From Lama glama (Eukaryota): DNA of 64,000 bases. The notes beneath the pieces are model-generated. The model did not search any database, was not told the DNA's origin, and was given only the letters and a program-made list of their open reading frames with translations. The stretch spans positions 104,658,001 through 104,722,000 of the forward strand of contig CM052817.1 in NCBI GenBank assembly GCA_028534125.1. The letters run 5' to 3'. Shown one piece after another: positions 39,961 through 52,266 of this stretch (position 1 is the stretch's first letter; every line of letters starts with the position of its first letter). Made by a program: the position numbers and the translations under genes.

Positions 39961-40307
39961 CAGGGCTGTCCAGCTGGAATCCCTTGAGCCTTCAACAGGG
40001 ATTCCTAAGATCTGGCTTTTCTGATCTATGGTGGATGATGACAATCAACTTCTCTCTTCTTTTTTGGTGAAAAGATGGGCATAAATATCAAGGACGAAAT
40101 ATTTTGCAGACAGTGTTGCAACAGCATCTGTATCTTTTCAACTGGCCAGATCACAGCTGCAAAGCCATTGATCACAGTCCCTCACCTTGATTGCTCTCTC
40201 CCTCTGCGCGTCCTTGCACTCTCTTCATCCAGCCTCAGGGTAAAGCAAAGTAATTTTACTTCGCACTTGAAAGTGGGCCTTTTAAAGCTTTATCTAAAGG
40301 CATCCTC

Positions 40308-40458
40308 AGGGAGGAAGGTAGAGCTCAGTGGTAGAGTGTGTGCTTAGCACGCATGAGGTCCTGGGTTCAATCTCCAGTACCTCCATTAGGAATAAATAAA
40401 TCTAATTACCTCCCCCCTCCCCGAATAAAGCCGTCTGAATTCACATTTTAAAAAATAA
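40308..40458 (+). mobile_element. Vic-1-like SINE
   Basis: gagctcagtggtagagtgtgtgcttagcacgcatgaggtcctgggttcaatc; imperfect TSD taaaggcatcctc/taaagcattctc. Confidence 0.92.
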
Positions 40459-40799
40459 TAAAGCATTCTCTCTGTCCTCTCAAAATAGTTTAAATCTTTG
40501 GCCAGCCATTTTCCCTGATTTTTTTCCCTCCCCACACCAGGATGTGTATTTAAAATAACTTTTATTTACAAAACTGTATCTTAGCAACAGTGGCACAACA
40601 CAAGAGCGTGTTATCTAAAGCAAACCTTTTCCGGCCATAAACTATAGAAGCGAAGCAGCCAAATGTGATTGGTATAGCTGTCCCGTGATACCAGGAGCCT
40701 GAGGTGTCACACGAGATTAAAGGCGTATTTTTCAGACCTGCGGTGATCCATTATTCATGTTTAACTCAAGGGATGGGCAACAGCCTTTATTCCCAATTA

Positions 40800-41215
40800 T
40801 AGAATCATAAAATTTTAGAACAGAAGGACATATTGGAGGCTACTTGTCCAGTCCTGTGATATTGTAATGGGAGAAAAAACACACACACACACACAATTAA
40901 GGACAAGAGAGATAACTTGCTTTCTTCAAAGCACACAGCTGGCTGGTAGTGAAGCTGGTTTAAGAAATCAGGTTTCCTGACTTTCAGTCCAGGAACTCCA
41001 GTAACCTTTGCCCGAGAACAGCTGTCTGGTTTTTGTTTCATGTGGATTCTTTTAAATCCCCACTTTTAAATTAGGCTTCGGAATGAATCATGCCCAACTA
41101 AAAAACTGGAGATACATTCATATTTACAGGGGTTTTGAGATAAATTAGATAATTTATGCAAAGTGCTTATAACAATTCCTGGCAAATAGCGCATAGATAT
41201 CTGTTAGCTATTTTA
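40800..41215. mobile_element. MIR-family fragments
   Basis: agaatcataaaattttagaacagaaggacatattggagg; gagataaattagataatttatgcaaagtgcttataacaattcctggca. Confidence 0.6.
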
Positions 41216-42669
41216 ATTTTTAATGGTTCCTTAGAACTTATTAGGAGAATAGTAAGCTTAAGTTCTGACCACATGTTTCTTCTTTTGGTCTGAAAACCTA
41301 TATTCACATTTAAGCATCTAATTTTATTATTGAGGATACTCTTAGTGGCTGTTCCTAAAATAATGGCAAAGAGTTTTCACTCATTTCATCGGTGGTTTTT
41401 TTTTTTAATTCTTCTGATAAAGAACAGATGTATTTTCAAGACGGCTAACCAGGTTGCAATTTGTGGTCTTGAAACAGAGGGAAAAAACAAGAAAAACACC
41501 TTTTACGTGATTTAAGAACCCAGGACCTCAATTCCATTAACATGATGTTCAAATAACTAGATCAGTCAGTTAAAAAAAAATATATTCTGGAAGTTTATTC
41601 AATTAAAAATTAGTGAAAAAAGAAACTGAGTTCCCAAGAGGTTAAGCCACTTATTCTAAGTTAAAAAAAAAAAAGTCATCAATTTTGCTACATCAGTGCA
41701 TTAAAAGGGATGTTAAATGAAAAGTCTGAATTTTCAGTTTTTTATTCAGGCATGAAAAGGCAGTCTTTTGATATTTTCATATATACTCACAGGCCTGAAA
41801 CTAAACATTATTCTTCAGATTATGAGACAACCTATAAAATGATGTGAAGGTTCAGGAAGGTAAGTGATAACGGCTGATAATGGTGTGAAGATGTTCTTTG
41901 TATGCCAATGCATTGTTAATAAATCACTCAGAGTTGTTGTGAAAACTCTAAAACTATTGATTTAAAATGATTACAAATTAAAATAATTAAAATATTATTA
42001 CAAATAATATTTCAAATAATTAAAGGATATCTTTCACAGTTATAAGTGAAATAGTCAATTAAACACAGAAAAAGGATTATATTGATTTTTAACTAGAACA
42101 AGTAATTATACACCTTTTCTTTGATATTTAATTTTTATTTAATATTTAATTTTAAGAGTAATTTTATTTAATATTTAATATTAATTTTAATATTTAATTT
42201 TAAGAGGAATGACACAATTTTTTTTCCAAAACCACAAACTGAAGTGTTAGCTGGTATCTGTTAATCCTGCACATTCTCTAACCTGGGTCAGATTCTTGAT
42301 TTATTCGGACTGTAACACATGCCTAGTTTACAATCATAAAACTTCCATTTAAGTTGCCTAGAGCATAAACGTTTTAAAAGTATTTTAGTTTCATTACTTA
42401 TCTACTTAGAAGGAAGGTTCATAATGTTCCATACACTCTTTAGTGAAAGATGCAGATGAGGGACAGAGAAAATAGAAAACTACTCTGAAAAAACACATCT
42501 AGTCAGTGATGGAGACAAACTCAGAGTCTAGGTCCCCTTAATCCCAGACCAATGGTTTTACAAGTCAGATCATGTCAAGTGTGTCCCACTCCCTTCTTTT
42601 CCCCATCCCATATTATCCTGCAGAATGTCATGCCTCTGGTTAGAATGGACTCCACATCCCCTGATTATT

Positions 42670-42845
42670 ATGGCTGCTTTCTTGAAATAGAAACAAAAAC
42701 CACCTTCAAATATGTCACTAAGGATTCTTGCTAAAAATGGCTTTCTGGACCTCACCCCGGACCTGCTGAATGAAAAGTGTTAGGAGTGGGACATTTTAAC
42801 AAGCTCCCCAGGTGACCCTGACACACACTGAAGAGAACCCCTCGC
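42670..42845. mobile_element. MER5-like hAT remnant
   Basis: ccccggacctgctgaatgaaaa...cattttaacaagctccccaggtga. Confidence 0.65.
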
Positions 42846-42879
42846 CAGGAGGGTGAAGACTGATTCTTTAGCTTCAGAT

Positions 42880-43270
42880 CTCAACGTTTGGCTCCTGTCT
42901 GCACTTCAGACTCCCCTTAATTGCCATTCTCTCCACTGAACTGTATGTTCCAGCAATATCTTTCTATTTAGAGCTCTCTGACTATACCTGTCCTTTCACA
43001 TTGCTGGCCCTTTGTCCTCATTCCCTCTGTCTGGAGAATCTCTTTCTCTCCCCACCCATCTCCACCTTCTTGGCAAACTAATCACTCCTGAGATGAGGTC
43101 AGGCTGCTCCTACCTTCCCAGACTTTCCTCTATACTTAGAAGCAAAATCAATCACTTATGCTCCTCCTCCTAAGAGCACGTGGATTTATCAGTTTGTTTG
43201 CATCTTGTGCAACCTGGTACCCTCAGTTCCTAGATACAAAAGAAACAAGAAACGTTTGTTGAAAGAACAA
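42880..43270 (+). mobile_element. L2 fragment
   Basis: ccctttgtcctcattccctctgtctggagaatctct...aaacgtttgttgaaagaa. Confidence 0.55.
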
Positions 43271-44334
43271 CAAAGTGCATGGGGATGTGTTAGCTGTCAC
43301 GACAATACTTCTGCACATCACTGGAGTTACAATCACATATGGACTATTCAGCTACGGAGTTCCATGTTTTCCAGATGATACTACTGGTGTCAAAATACAA
43401 AACCATTACCAAATGATATTCATGGTGATAGAATAGAAACATCCCCAAACTCCCTTTAGTCAATATCTATGCCAATTGGAACAAAATGTACATCATAAGA
43501 AGCCCTTCTTTTCTTCATTCCTTCCTTCCTTTTTTCCCTTCTGTTTTTATATTTCTGAGTCAGTGCTGCGTCTCAGGGCTCAAAACTGCTGCTTGTGATA
43601 TGAAAAAGCAGATTCTGTGGTTTCACTAACATTATACACGGATGAGATTTTTGGAAGTGTTGATTTCCCTTAAAGCACTCATTTTTCTTTCTTTTGCTCT
43701 TACAGATCAGATAATTATTTACTGACCAGTATTATTTGAGTTTTCAATTCAATTTTTCTAGAATCTGATCCTGGTTTTATAGTTGCTGCATTTTTAGGAG
43801 AATGTCTATAAAATTCCAGTAGACATTCAACGCTTTATTTTGTATGTTCCTCTTTTAGACAAGGGCAATTTTACACCTCAAGGCTCCTAATTTTGAATTT
43901 TGAATGTAATATATGTGCATAGAATTACCACATGATGGCCCCCAGAACTGTTTATTACAAACACATACTAATAGTTGGATACTACAGTCAGGCAAGTGGG
44001 GTGGAGAGCAAAGAAAATAACAATGAAAAATATAGAGCAAAAGCAATGAATAGAATCAAGTCCTTAGAAAACACCCTTAGTTCCATAAGCATGAAGATGG
44101 CTGTGGGTATCATTACAAATAACCCATTCATTACTTTCGTGAGAGTAGATTTCTTATAACATGGTAGAATTAAGACAGAACGAAATTAATATCATAATAG
44201 AAATGTATGTGAAGAAATGTAATATCATAATGTGAAATGTATGTATGTATGTTGCAGGAACACTGGGGACAGAGGGATAATCCTGACTGGGGAGATTCAG
44301 GAAGACTACAGGAGGAAGTCTTTGGATTGAGTCT

Positions 44335-44364
44335 CCCTTCCTTCCTTCCTTCCTTCCTTCCTTC

Positions 44365-44433
<69 letters not shown>
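44335..44433 (+). repeat. (CCTT)n(CTTT)n microsatellite
   Basis: Direct reading; occupies the tail position of the adjacent L1. Confidence 0.95.
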
Positions 44434-44434
<1 letters not shown>

Positions 44435-45072
44435 ATTGACATGTAGTTGATTTACAATGGTCCAGGTGTGTAGCAAAGTGATTCAGTTATATATGTATAT
44501 ATATATATATATATATATACATTCATATATATACTTTTTCAGATTCTTTTCCATTATAGATTATTAAATATGTCAAGATATTAAATATAGTTTCCTGTGC
44601 TATACAATAGGTCCTTGTTGTTTATCTATTTTATGTATAGTAGTGTATACCTGTTAATCCCAAATTCTCAATTTATCCTTCACTCCACTTTCCCCTTTGG
44701 TAACCATAAGTTTGTTTTCTGTGTCTGTGAATCTATTTCTATTTTGTGAATAAGTTTATTTGTATCATTTTTTTAGATTCCACATGAAGTGATATCATAT
44801 GATATTTGTCTTTAAGTTATTTCACTCAGAATGATAATCTCCAGGTCCATCCATGTTGCTACAAATGGCATTGTTTTATCTTTTTATGGTTGAGTAGTAT
44901 TCCATTGTATAAATAAACCACAACTTCTTTATCCAGTCCTCTGTTGATGGACATTTAGGCTGTTTCCATGTCTTGGCTATTGTAAATAGTGCTGCTGTGA
45001 ACATTGGGGTGCATGTATCCTTTTGAATTAGAGTTTTCTCCTGATATATGCCCAGAGGTGGGATTGCTGGAT
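44434..45072 (-). mobile_element. Young 5'-truncated L1
   Basis: Same 3'UTR/ORF2 end as 16755-17579; imperfect TSD gattgagtct (44325-44334) / gactgagtat (45073-45082). Confidence 0.93.
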
Positions 45073-46226
45073 GACTGAGTATTTAAATAGGAACATGAAA
45101 ATAGGGAAAAATAAAGGAGAGCAGTCAGTTTAGGAATTTTATTTGGGGGCCATATTTTGCCAGTATTGTTCTATTTTGTTAAATGCTAAAGATAAGTGTG
45201 TAGGATAAATTGCCTTTGAGTGGCCTGGAATATTTGTAAAGCAAATTGACTGCTCTATTTACAACTTTCCACAGAGTAGCAGAGGTCATGATGAGGTTAA
45301 ATTGATAAATATCATAAACCATGAATCTAAAGGTGATCAGGTAGAAGGTTATAATTCTATTCAGCAATCCAGCTGAATTACACACTGCTCACTTCCCCCA
45401 CTTTCTTTGAAGACAAACAAAGAGAAAAAAAAACCCTCAGCTTTGATTTTCTCAGAAAAATAAACTCTTATTGACTAGGCAGCAAATTAAAAAAATGAAT
45501 GTGTATGTAATTTATCCATTTGACTGCCTTTAAAAAAATCTAGAAATAACCCTGCTGATTGAAATTGCTGCCCGGTGAGAACCAGGATGTCCCCGACAGC
45601 CAGCCACTTCCCCCTCACAGCGTATACTCCAAGGCCATCTTTTTCGAGGGCCCCAGCTCTTTACAGCTGTGCCCCTTCTCCCTGTATGGAGCACCTGTTG
45701 TTTTCGCGCTATGAAATCAGCACGCCCCAGACTGCCTGCTCCGACTGCCTGTACCATGCCAGCCATCAGCACTTTTGCTCTAGGTTTTTTGTTGTTGTTG
45801 TTGTTTTGGTTTTTTTTTTTTTTTGGCTCCATTGGTGTAATAAAACTCCATCAATCATCCAAGTATTTCCAGTGTCTGTGAATGAGCTTTAGAAATAAGA
45901 ACCTCGTAAGCAAAAGAGAACAAAATTTAGGAAAAAGTATAAGAGGAATTTAGGAAGCATGGATCTCAATAGAATTAAGTCAAGTCATCCTACACCTCGT
46001 CCGTATCTGTGTTCTAACACCTGGAGATGGAAAGAGCATGGGTGATATTTACAGGAGAAACAATTTAAGTTAAATTATATAAGATCTGTGATTATATAAA
46101 TGTGTTCGGCAGTGAAATGAAACAGAAACTCAAAATGAATTTGTAAAGGAAGGTAACACCGCACATTCAGATGCGTTCTGTTTCTAAGCCAAAATCAACA
46201 AGTCATTGTTGGGTGTAGCCCTAGCA

Positions 46227-46240
46227 CCACCAGAGGGCAC
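46227..46240 (+). promoter_or_regulatory. CTCF core motif candidate
   Basis: CCACCAGAGGGCAC closely fits the CTCF consensus CCACCAG(A/G)(G/T)GGC(A/G)C, in apparently non-repeat DNA. Confidence 0.55.
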
Positions 46241-46595
46241 ATCGCTTCCAGGAGCCAATGTCATCCAATGTGTGAGGAGGAATCTGGGCACCATCTTGGC
46301 TGAAGTTTCAGTGAAAATGCAGCTTGTAATAAGTACAGTCTATTCTTTTGAAGATTCTCTTCATTAATTCTTTCATAATTGTCTGCCGGTTTTTCATGAT
46401 CTGAGACTGAAATAGTCAATCACTAGAAAAATAGCAGTGCAGCTGAGTAACAGGGACATCAGGTGTGAATTACCTCTGCTAATGCCCAAGGGTTGTATTT
46501 TTGATGAGACAAAACTGAGCTAACTTTTGTGCAACGTAATTTTCCTATTTGATTTTATATTAAAAAAAAAATAAAAACCTTAAAATGGCTTCAAA

Positions 46596-46740
46596 AACTT
46601 GTCAGTATGTGAGGCGATGTATGTGTTAGCTTTATTATGGAAATAATTTCACAATATATATCAAATCAACACGTTGTACACCTTAAACTTAGAAAATTTT
46701 GTTTGTCAGTTATATTTCAATAAAGCGGGGGTGGGGAAAG
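46596..46740 (+). mobile_element. L1 3'UTR fragment
   Basis: tatgtgaggcgatgtatgtgttag...tcaaatcaacacgttgtacaccttaaactta...tcaataaagc. Confidence 0.8.
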
Positions 46741-46819
46741 AAATGGTTTCAGAGGCAAGGTCAATCCCATGGCACAAAAATTCTCAATCATTCCACAGCC
46801 GCAATTTAAATTTTATTTA

Positions 46820-46944
46820 TTTATTTGTTTAGGGGGAGGTGATTAAGTGTACTTATTTTTTTTTTAATGGAGGTACTAAGGATTGAACTCAGGACCTTGT
46901 GCATGCTACGCACACACTCTTAACACTGAGCTATACCCTCCCTC
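46820..46944 (-). mobile_element. Vic-1-like SINE
   Basis: cactgagctataccctccc and ggattgaactcaggacc; exact 15-bp TSD TTTAAATTTTATTTA at 46805-46819 and 46945-46959. Confidence 0.93.
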
Positions 46945-47425
46945 TTTAAATTTTATTTAAGAATGCATAATTGAAAGAATACAAAGTAGCCACAGCATGC
47001 TCTGGGTTTTTTTTTTAATACTCTATTTTTTTTTTAATTCAGGAGATGGATGACAATGTGTGTGACATAGAAGGAGTTAAGAGAAAATACAGAAGAGATA
47101 ATGAATCATAACTTTTCCAAAATTCCTTAAGTGATGAAAATTTATACACCCTGAATACAAAATGCTGTGAGTTGGAAAGGAAGAAGTGGGGGTGTTTAGT
47201 AACCTTCCAAATACAATAAGGTAACCATTCTGTGTGGGACAGAATTGGAGGAGATTCAAAACCACCATCCCTACAGTCTCTTTAATAGAAATAGTGGAAT
47301 AAGAAAAACAATTTTTTTTTCACAGTGTACAACACTGCTGGTAAAGTATTAGGTTATCTCTGAATAACACTGACGGTGTCAAAACTATGGGGGTAAAGAA
47401 AGATGAGTTAAAGGATGCTGTGCAA

Positions 47426-47703
47426 CTTTTCTCCTTCATTTCTTTCTTCCTTCTTTCCTTTCCTTCCCTTTCCTTTCCCTTCCCTCCCTCCCTCCCTCCT
47501 TTCTTTCCTTCTTTCTTTCTTTCTTTCTTTCTTTCTCTTTCTTTCTTTCTTTCTTTCTTTCTGTCTGTCTCTTTCTTTCTTTCTTTTTCTTTCCCTTTCT
47601 TTTTTCCCCTCCCTTCCTTCCTTCCTTCCTTCCTTCCTTCCTTCCTTCCTTCCTTCCTTCCTTCCTTCCTTCCTTCCTTCCTTCCTTCCTCTCTTTCTTT
47701 CCC
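47426..47703 (+). repeat. Compound polypyrimidine microsatellite (CTTT/CCTT/CCCT)
   Basis: About 280 bp, almost purely C/T. Confidence 0.95.
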
Positions 47704-48618
47704 AGTGGGTTTTACCTGCTGCTATGAATCTTCAGACACTCAAGAACAGACCTTGTGCCTAGGAGGAGCTCTTCCAGTAAAGACGTATGACAGGCTGTCA
47801 GTTGAACTCTCAAAATTTTAAATCATGTTACTACCAATGAACACATATGACAAAACTGGTTTTCCTTTTGTTTCACCGATCATGTTTAGAAATGGTTTTG
47901 GTACAATACTATGACATTTAGTTATATTGTCAGCTATTGTTTAGTAAATGCTGTGTAATTAGTGATGCAGCTTGATTTTCAAGAAAATCTTAAGAAGTTT
48001 ATTCTTTCTGATTTTACATCTCTCAGATTAAATGCCTTGTTTGAGTCCTTGTGACATAATAAAATAAGCATTTCAAATGTTTTTAATTCCTAACAAGTAA
48101 TACTTTAATGGCTCCCTTGTGATTTCACTGCTGTACTTAGGCTGGTCCATGGATTTCCAAATGTAACAGTTCATTGCCATTTATTTCTTGTGCCTACCAA
48201 GACTTTCTGATACTATTTGTGCCTGATGGAAAAATGGTCTGAAATACTGTTCATTTTTTCACTGAAGAGAAGGTCTTATCTTAATTGATGAACCCAACTT
48301 ATTTTAGTGAAGTTCTATGACATGAGTTTCAACATTTAGCACATTTTCTGTATATTTTATCATCATTTCTTGTATGGTACTTTTAGTAATACCTGAATTT
48401 TTACAAAGTGTCTGAGTTTCCTCTTTTGTTGATATTTTAAAAATTATTTAGCAAATCTTCAGTAAGATAAATCATCCAGTATTAAATAATTTAGATTACT
48501 AAAATCCATTTAGAAGTATTGCTTGCCAAAATATACACTCTCTGCGGGCAGGAATCAGTGTTTTGCTCACCTATGTAACCTAAACGCCTAGAATAGAATA
48601 GTGTTTGGCACATAGGAG

Positions 48619-49435
48619 TGTTGCTGAAACATGGCTTCCCTACTCCACTTACTGAATTGAGTCTTGAGGACAGAGATTTTGATGAAGTAGAAAAGAGAGC
48701 TTTATTTCTTTGAAGGTAAGGAGGTCCCAGTGGGCTAGTGCCTCTAAGATGGTGAGCCTGATGGAGAGAGAGGGTAGGAGGGGTTTATGTAAAAGTTCAA
48801 GAGTTCAAGGGGCAGAGCTGGTTTCCACAGAGATTGCATACAGGGTAATAAATTGTTGCAAAGTTGTTCTTGTTTTTGCAGATGCAATTACCGCCTTCTC
48901 TCTGCTGAGTATGAAGTTCACCTCTGGCTTTGGGACTCTCTTAATATTCTTGTACCCAGCACAAAGGGTGCATAGAAAGGGGCTCCATGAAAAAGAGCTC
49001 TAGAGAAAAACTTACACAGTTTAAAGTCAGGTTGATAAATGCTTTTAGCCTTTTGAGCCGGCTGAGGCCTGAGACCTCCTGCTGCAGGCTGAGGCTTGCA
49101 GCTTGAACAACAGAAAATAAGGAAACCACAGGGGGCCCAAACAACTACACACATGCACAATTGGGTGGGTTATAAACAATAAGATGCACAAAATGCCCAA
49201 CTGCCTTCTGAGTTGTAGGGATCAAGAGGAGGGCACTGGGGGCAAGAGCAGGGCACTGAGCATGATCCCTGCACACAGCACCATGACAGGGTTGAGTGGA
49301 CCACCCAAGCCTTCCTCCTCCCCAGACCATCCCTGGTCAGAAAGAGCATGCGAAGAGCCATTTAAACTATTATACAGTTAAGCAGTTATAAATACCATGT
49401 GGTCACTGATGACAATTGGGTCCTGCTCAGTTACA
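48619..49435 (-). mobile_element. Solo LTR (ERV1-like) inserted in an L2 3' end
   Basis: TG...CA termini; 4-bp TSD ggag/gaag; tttatt (AATAAA on minus) near 48702. L2 text tggcacataggag resumes as atgctcagtaagtatcagttgaataaa. Confidence 0.85.
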
Positions 49436-49515
49436 GAAGATGCTCAGTAAGTATCAGTTGAATAAATTGTATGCATTCTCTTAGAAAGTAATATGTTCAA
49501 AAATTATTATCTTAT

Positions 49516-50349
49516 GGCTATGGACTGAATTGTGTCCCCATAAAATTCATATTTTGAAGCCCTAGTCTCTAATGTAATTATACTTGGAGGTAGTGCTTTG
49601 AGGACATAATGAAGTTTCACTGAGGTTCATAAGGTTGGGATCCAGACCCAGTAGGATTGATGGTCCTAAAAGAATAGGAAGGGATCTCTCTCTCCACATG
49701 TGCACACTGAGGAAAGGCCGTGTGAAGATGTTACCAAGTCCAAACTCGTTCTGCTCTGACACATGACAGGCCAATAAATCAGGAGATGAGGTGTTGGGGC
49801 AAGGAATAGTGACTTTATTTGGAAAGCCGGCGGACTGAGAGGATGGCAGACTAATGTCTTGGAGAACCATCCCACTCCAGTCAGAATATAGGCTCCTTTT
49901 ATACAAAACAAAACAAAACAAAACAATGGGATGGGGGATGTTGTTGGTTCTTGCAAACTTCTTGGCGTAGGAATTCTTTGTTCCCACAGCTGTCCACATG
50001 GGCCAGGTCATGGTGCTCCTGCAAAACCTCCAACAAAACGGATGTTATTCTCTATTCTGCAACTTGTTATCTTTATGTGAGTGCAGAGCTAGCAAGACTG
50101 AGCCTAGGAAACACTGCACAGCGGTCAAAGCCAAAGGAACAGATCCAATATAGAGTCAGATTTGTTCTCCTCTATTACAAAGACAGTGAGAAGGTGGCCA
50201 CCTGCAACCCAGAGAGTCCTCCCAGACTCTGACTTCCCTGGACATTAATCTTAGACTTCTGCTTCCAGCATCCAGACAAAATTGATTTCAATCGTTTAAG
50301 CCACCCAGTCTATGGGATTTTGTTATGGCAGCCTGAGCTGACTAAGCCA
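49516..50349 (+). mobile_element. MaLR LTR (MLT1A/B-like), split by a younger LTR
   Basis: gctatggactgaattgtgtcccc...tttaagccacccagtctatgg...ttgttatggcagcctgagctgactaag; 5-bp TSD cttat/cttaa. Confidence 0.88.
49729..50179 (-). mobile_element. Solo LTR (ERV1-like) nested in MLT1
   Basis: TGTTACC...ATTACA with exact 4-bp TSD AAGA at 49725-49728 and 50180-50183; AATAAA on minus near 49814. Confidence 0.9.
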
Positions 50350-50428
50350 CTTAAAAATTAGAAGGGAAACAATAAAGTGTTATGAATATAATGGTGATGG
50401 AGAAACTTCAAAAATTTAAATTCTGGTT

Positions 50429-50570
50429 GGGGTGAGAATATAGCTCGGTGCTACAGCACATACTTAGCATGCATGAAGTCCTGGGTTCAATCAGTTACCT
50501 CCATTAAAACTAAAATAAATAAAATAAAAACAAATAGACATAATTACCCCCCTAAAAAAACAACAACAAA
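50429..50570 (+). mobile_element. Vic-1-like SINE
   Basis: tatagctcggtgctacagcacatacttagcatgcatgaagtcctgggttcaatc...taattaccccc. Confidence 0.88.
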
Positions 50571-50989
50571 TTTTTTTAATTCTGAATTATTTTTTGTAAG
50601 TATTTTCATTCTTCAGAATAACTAAACAAATTATTTAAAATTAAAATCTAAGGTCTTCATTTGTCAGAGGTTAGATTTGTCTGTTTGAGACTGTGAGCGT
50701 CTTAAAGTCAATCTGGACACCATCCCAACATCAGGAGTCTGTCTAATGTGTACCTGGTGTCCTACTGCCCCATTATTAGGGGACAGCCTTGAAAATGGAA
50801 GCTCTCAGATGACATATTCTATGACATTTATGTAGCATAAGGTGCCTAGTAAAAAATCAGCATTTGATTATAAGCCTGTGAATTAGAAGAGGATGCAAAT
50901 TTCAAGATACTCAATTTGGTAGCTGAAACCATGAAATGGAGATGACGATAGTTGCCATAGATTAACAGGTTCTTGGCTAGCCTGCCTAT

Positions 50990-51390
50990 AATATGTAAAC
51001 CAATCCAACTCCTTATCTCTGTTTTTGATTTATTTTCTTCTTAGCTCTTGTCACCACCTGCCATTTTAATTTTTGTCTTGTTTATTTCTGCCTCTTGCCA
51101 CTAGAATACAAATTCAATGAGCTTTTTCATGCATCTCCAGCACCAAAATAGTCCAGCTTGTAAAAGGTACACAACACCTTTTGGCTGATTGAATGGATGA
51201 TGATATCTGAATTGGATGTTAAATGGTAGGCAGTCTTTTATGGGTGTTGGAGTCCTGCAAAAAACGATGAAACCCATTTATTCATTTGTTCAACCAATAT
51301 TTACTAAATGCCTGTTATGTCCCAGACACTGTATGCAGTTTGGATGTGCAATGTTGAACCAGATATGGCCCCTGCCCTCAATAGACAGGT
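50990..51390. mobile_element. L2 3'-end fragments in both orientations
   Basis: ccactagaatacaaattcaatga...gattgaatggatga; ttcatttgttcaaccaatatttactaaatgcctgttatgtcccagacactgt. Confidence 0.65.
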
Positions 51391-51801
51391 TTTCAAATGA
51401 CCCTAAAATGAGAATGACTTGAGTCCTGCAAAGTCACTGTCTCACCCCTGGGGTTTGGGGCTACAGGTGGCAGTACTGTAACCTGCCCACACCTGAGACA
51501 CAGGTGTTTCAGTCATGCAGTTAGCAAGAAAATATTTTGCTACCACATTTCGTGAACTGCATAATGTACTAAGTGGACCCATGCACAGTGTGTGTACCTG
51601 TTTCTGCAAGATCAATTAAAATGCAAACAAAATCTCTGATGCTTTAAAAACAAGGATTATCCAAAAAATAGAATGGTAAAGACTTGAACTCGAACTGGCT
51701 GTAGACCATTACATTTACTTCTAAGATGCTTCCAAAAATATAAGTAGAGTTATTGATGGTGATCTAATCAAATGTTTAGGCTTTCCCCAGAAGGTCTAAG
51801 C

Positions 51802-52266
51802 TTTTTTTTTTTTTACACTTTTCCAACGCATATTTATTATTAGTTAAGCCATGATTCAGGATCCCAGGGTGGGGATCACTATGTAGCTGGGTCTGCCTTC
51901 ACCACCCTGGGGAGAAGGACGGAGGACAGAGGTGGGGTGGAGTCAGTTCAGATCTTCCCAGGAAATGTGCCTTCTGCCCGGCGTTCATCCCAGGTCGTCA
52001 CCCAGGATATGGGGCAGAGGGACTTGTACACACGCCGGTACCATTCGCACAGGGAGACATCACCCCCTTTAGCAGTCATTGCCTTCTCACAGCCATGGAA
52101 GTCCAGGTAGTTCTGCCAGCAGTTCCTGGTCTGGTTCTGGTTGGGGAAGCGGCTGTCAAAAGGGGCAATCTGGTAGTTCTTGATTTTGGTCTTGATGTCT
52201 TCTGCCATAGTGCTGACTCCTAAAGACGCCCCCGAAGCGGCTGGAAGCTCAATGTGACCCTCAGCC
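51802..52266 (-). pseudogene. COX6B1: Processed (retrotransposed) copy of the COX6B1 mRNA: 5'UTR, CDS, 3'UTR and poly(A), flanked by a TSD
   Basis: No introns. 13-T tract at 51802-51814 (poly(A) on minus); AATAAA on minus at 51833-51838; exact 12-bp direct repeat AGGTCTAAGCTT at 51792-51803 and 52267-52278; a 58-nt leader (GGCTGAGGGTCACATTGAGC...CTTTAGGAGTCAGCACT) resembling the mammalian COX6B1 5'UTR. Confidence 0.96.
51948..52208 (-). CDS. COX6B1: Intact 86-aa ORF of the retrocopy, cytochrome c oxidase subunit 6B1-like (expression unknown)
   Basis: [86 protein letters not shown]. Cys30/40/54/65 are retained; ATG at 52208, TGA at 51948-51950. Identity is certain; whether it is translated is not. 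Confidence 0.6.
   Translation of the reverse strand: MAEDIKTKIKNYQIAPFDSRFPNQNQTRNCWQNYLDFHGCEKAMTAKGGDVSLCEWYRRVYKSLCPISWVTTWDERRAEGTFPGKI

Noticed and set aside
42125..42210. AT-rich short tandem duplication (also 25754-25852 and 52807-52846)
   Set aside because: Ordinary slippage-type duplications with no further structure.
47387..47821. Phe/Leu/Ser/Pro-rich ORFs (also 44170-44446)
   Set aside because: Microsatellite translation.
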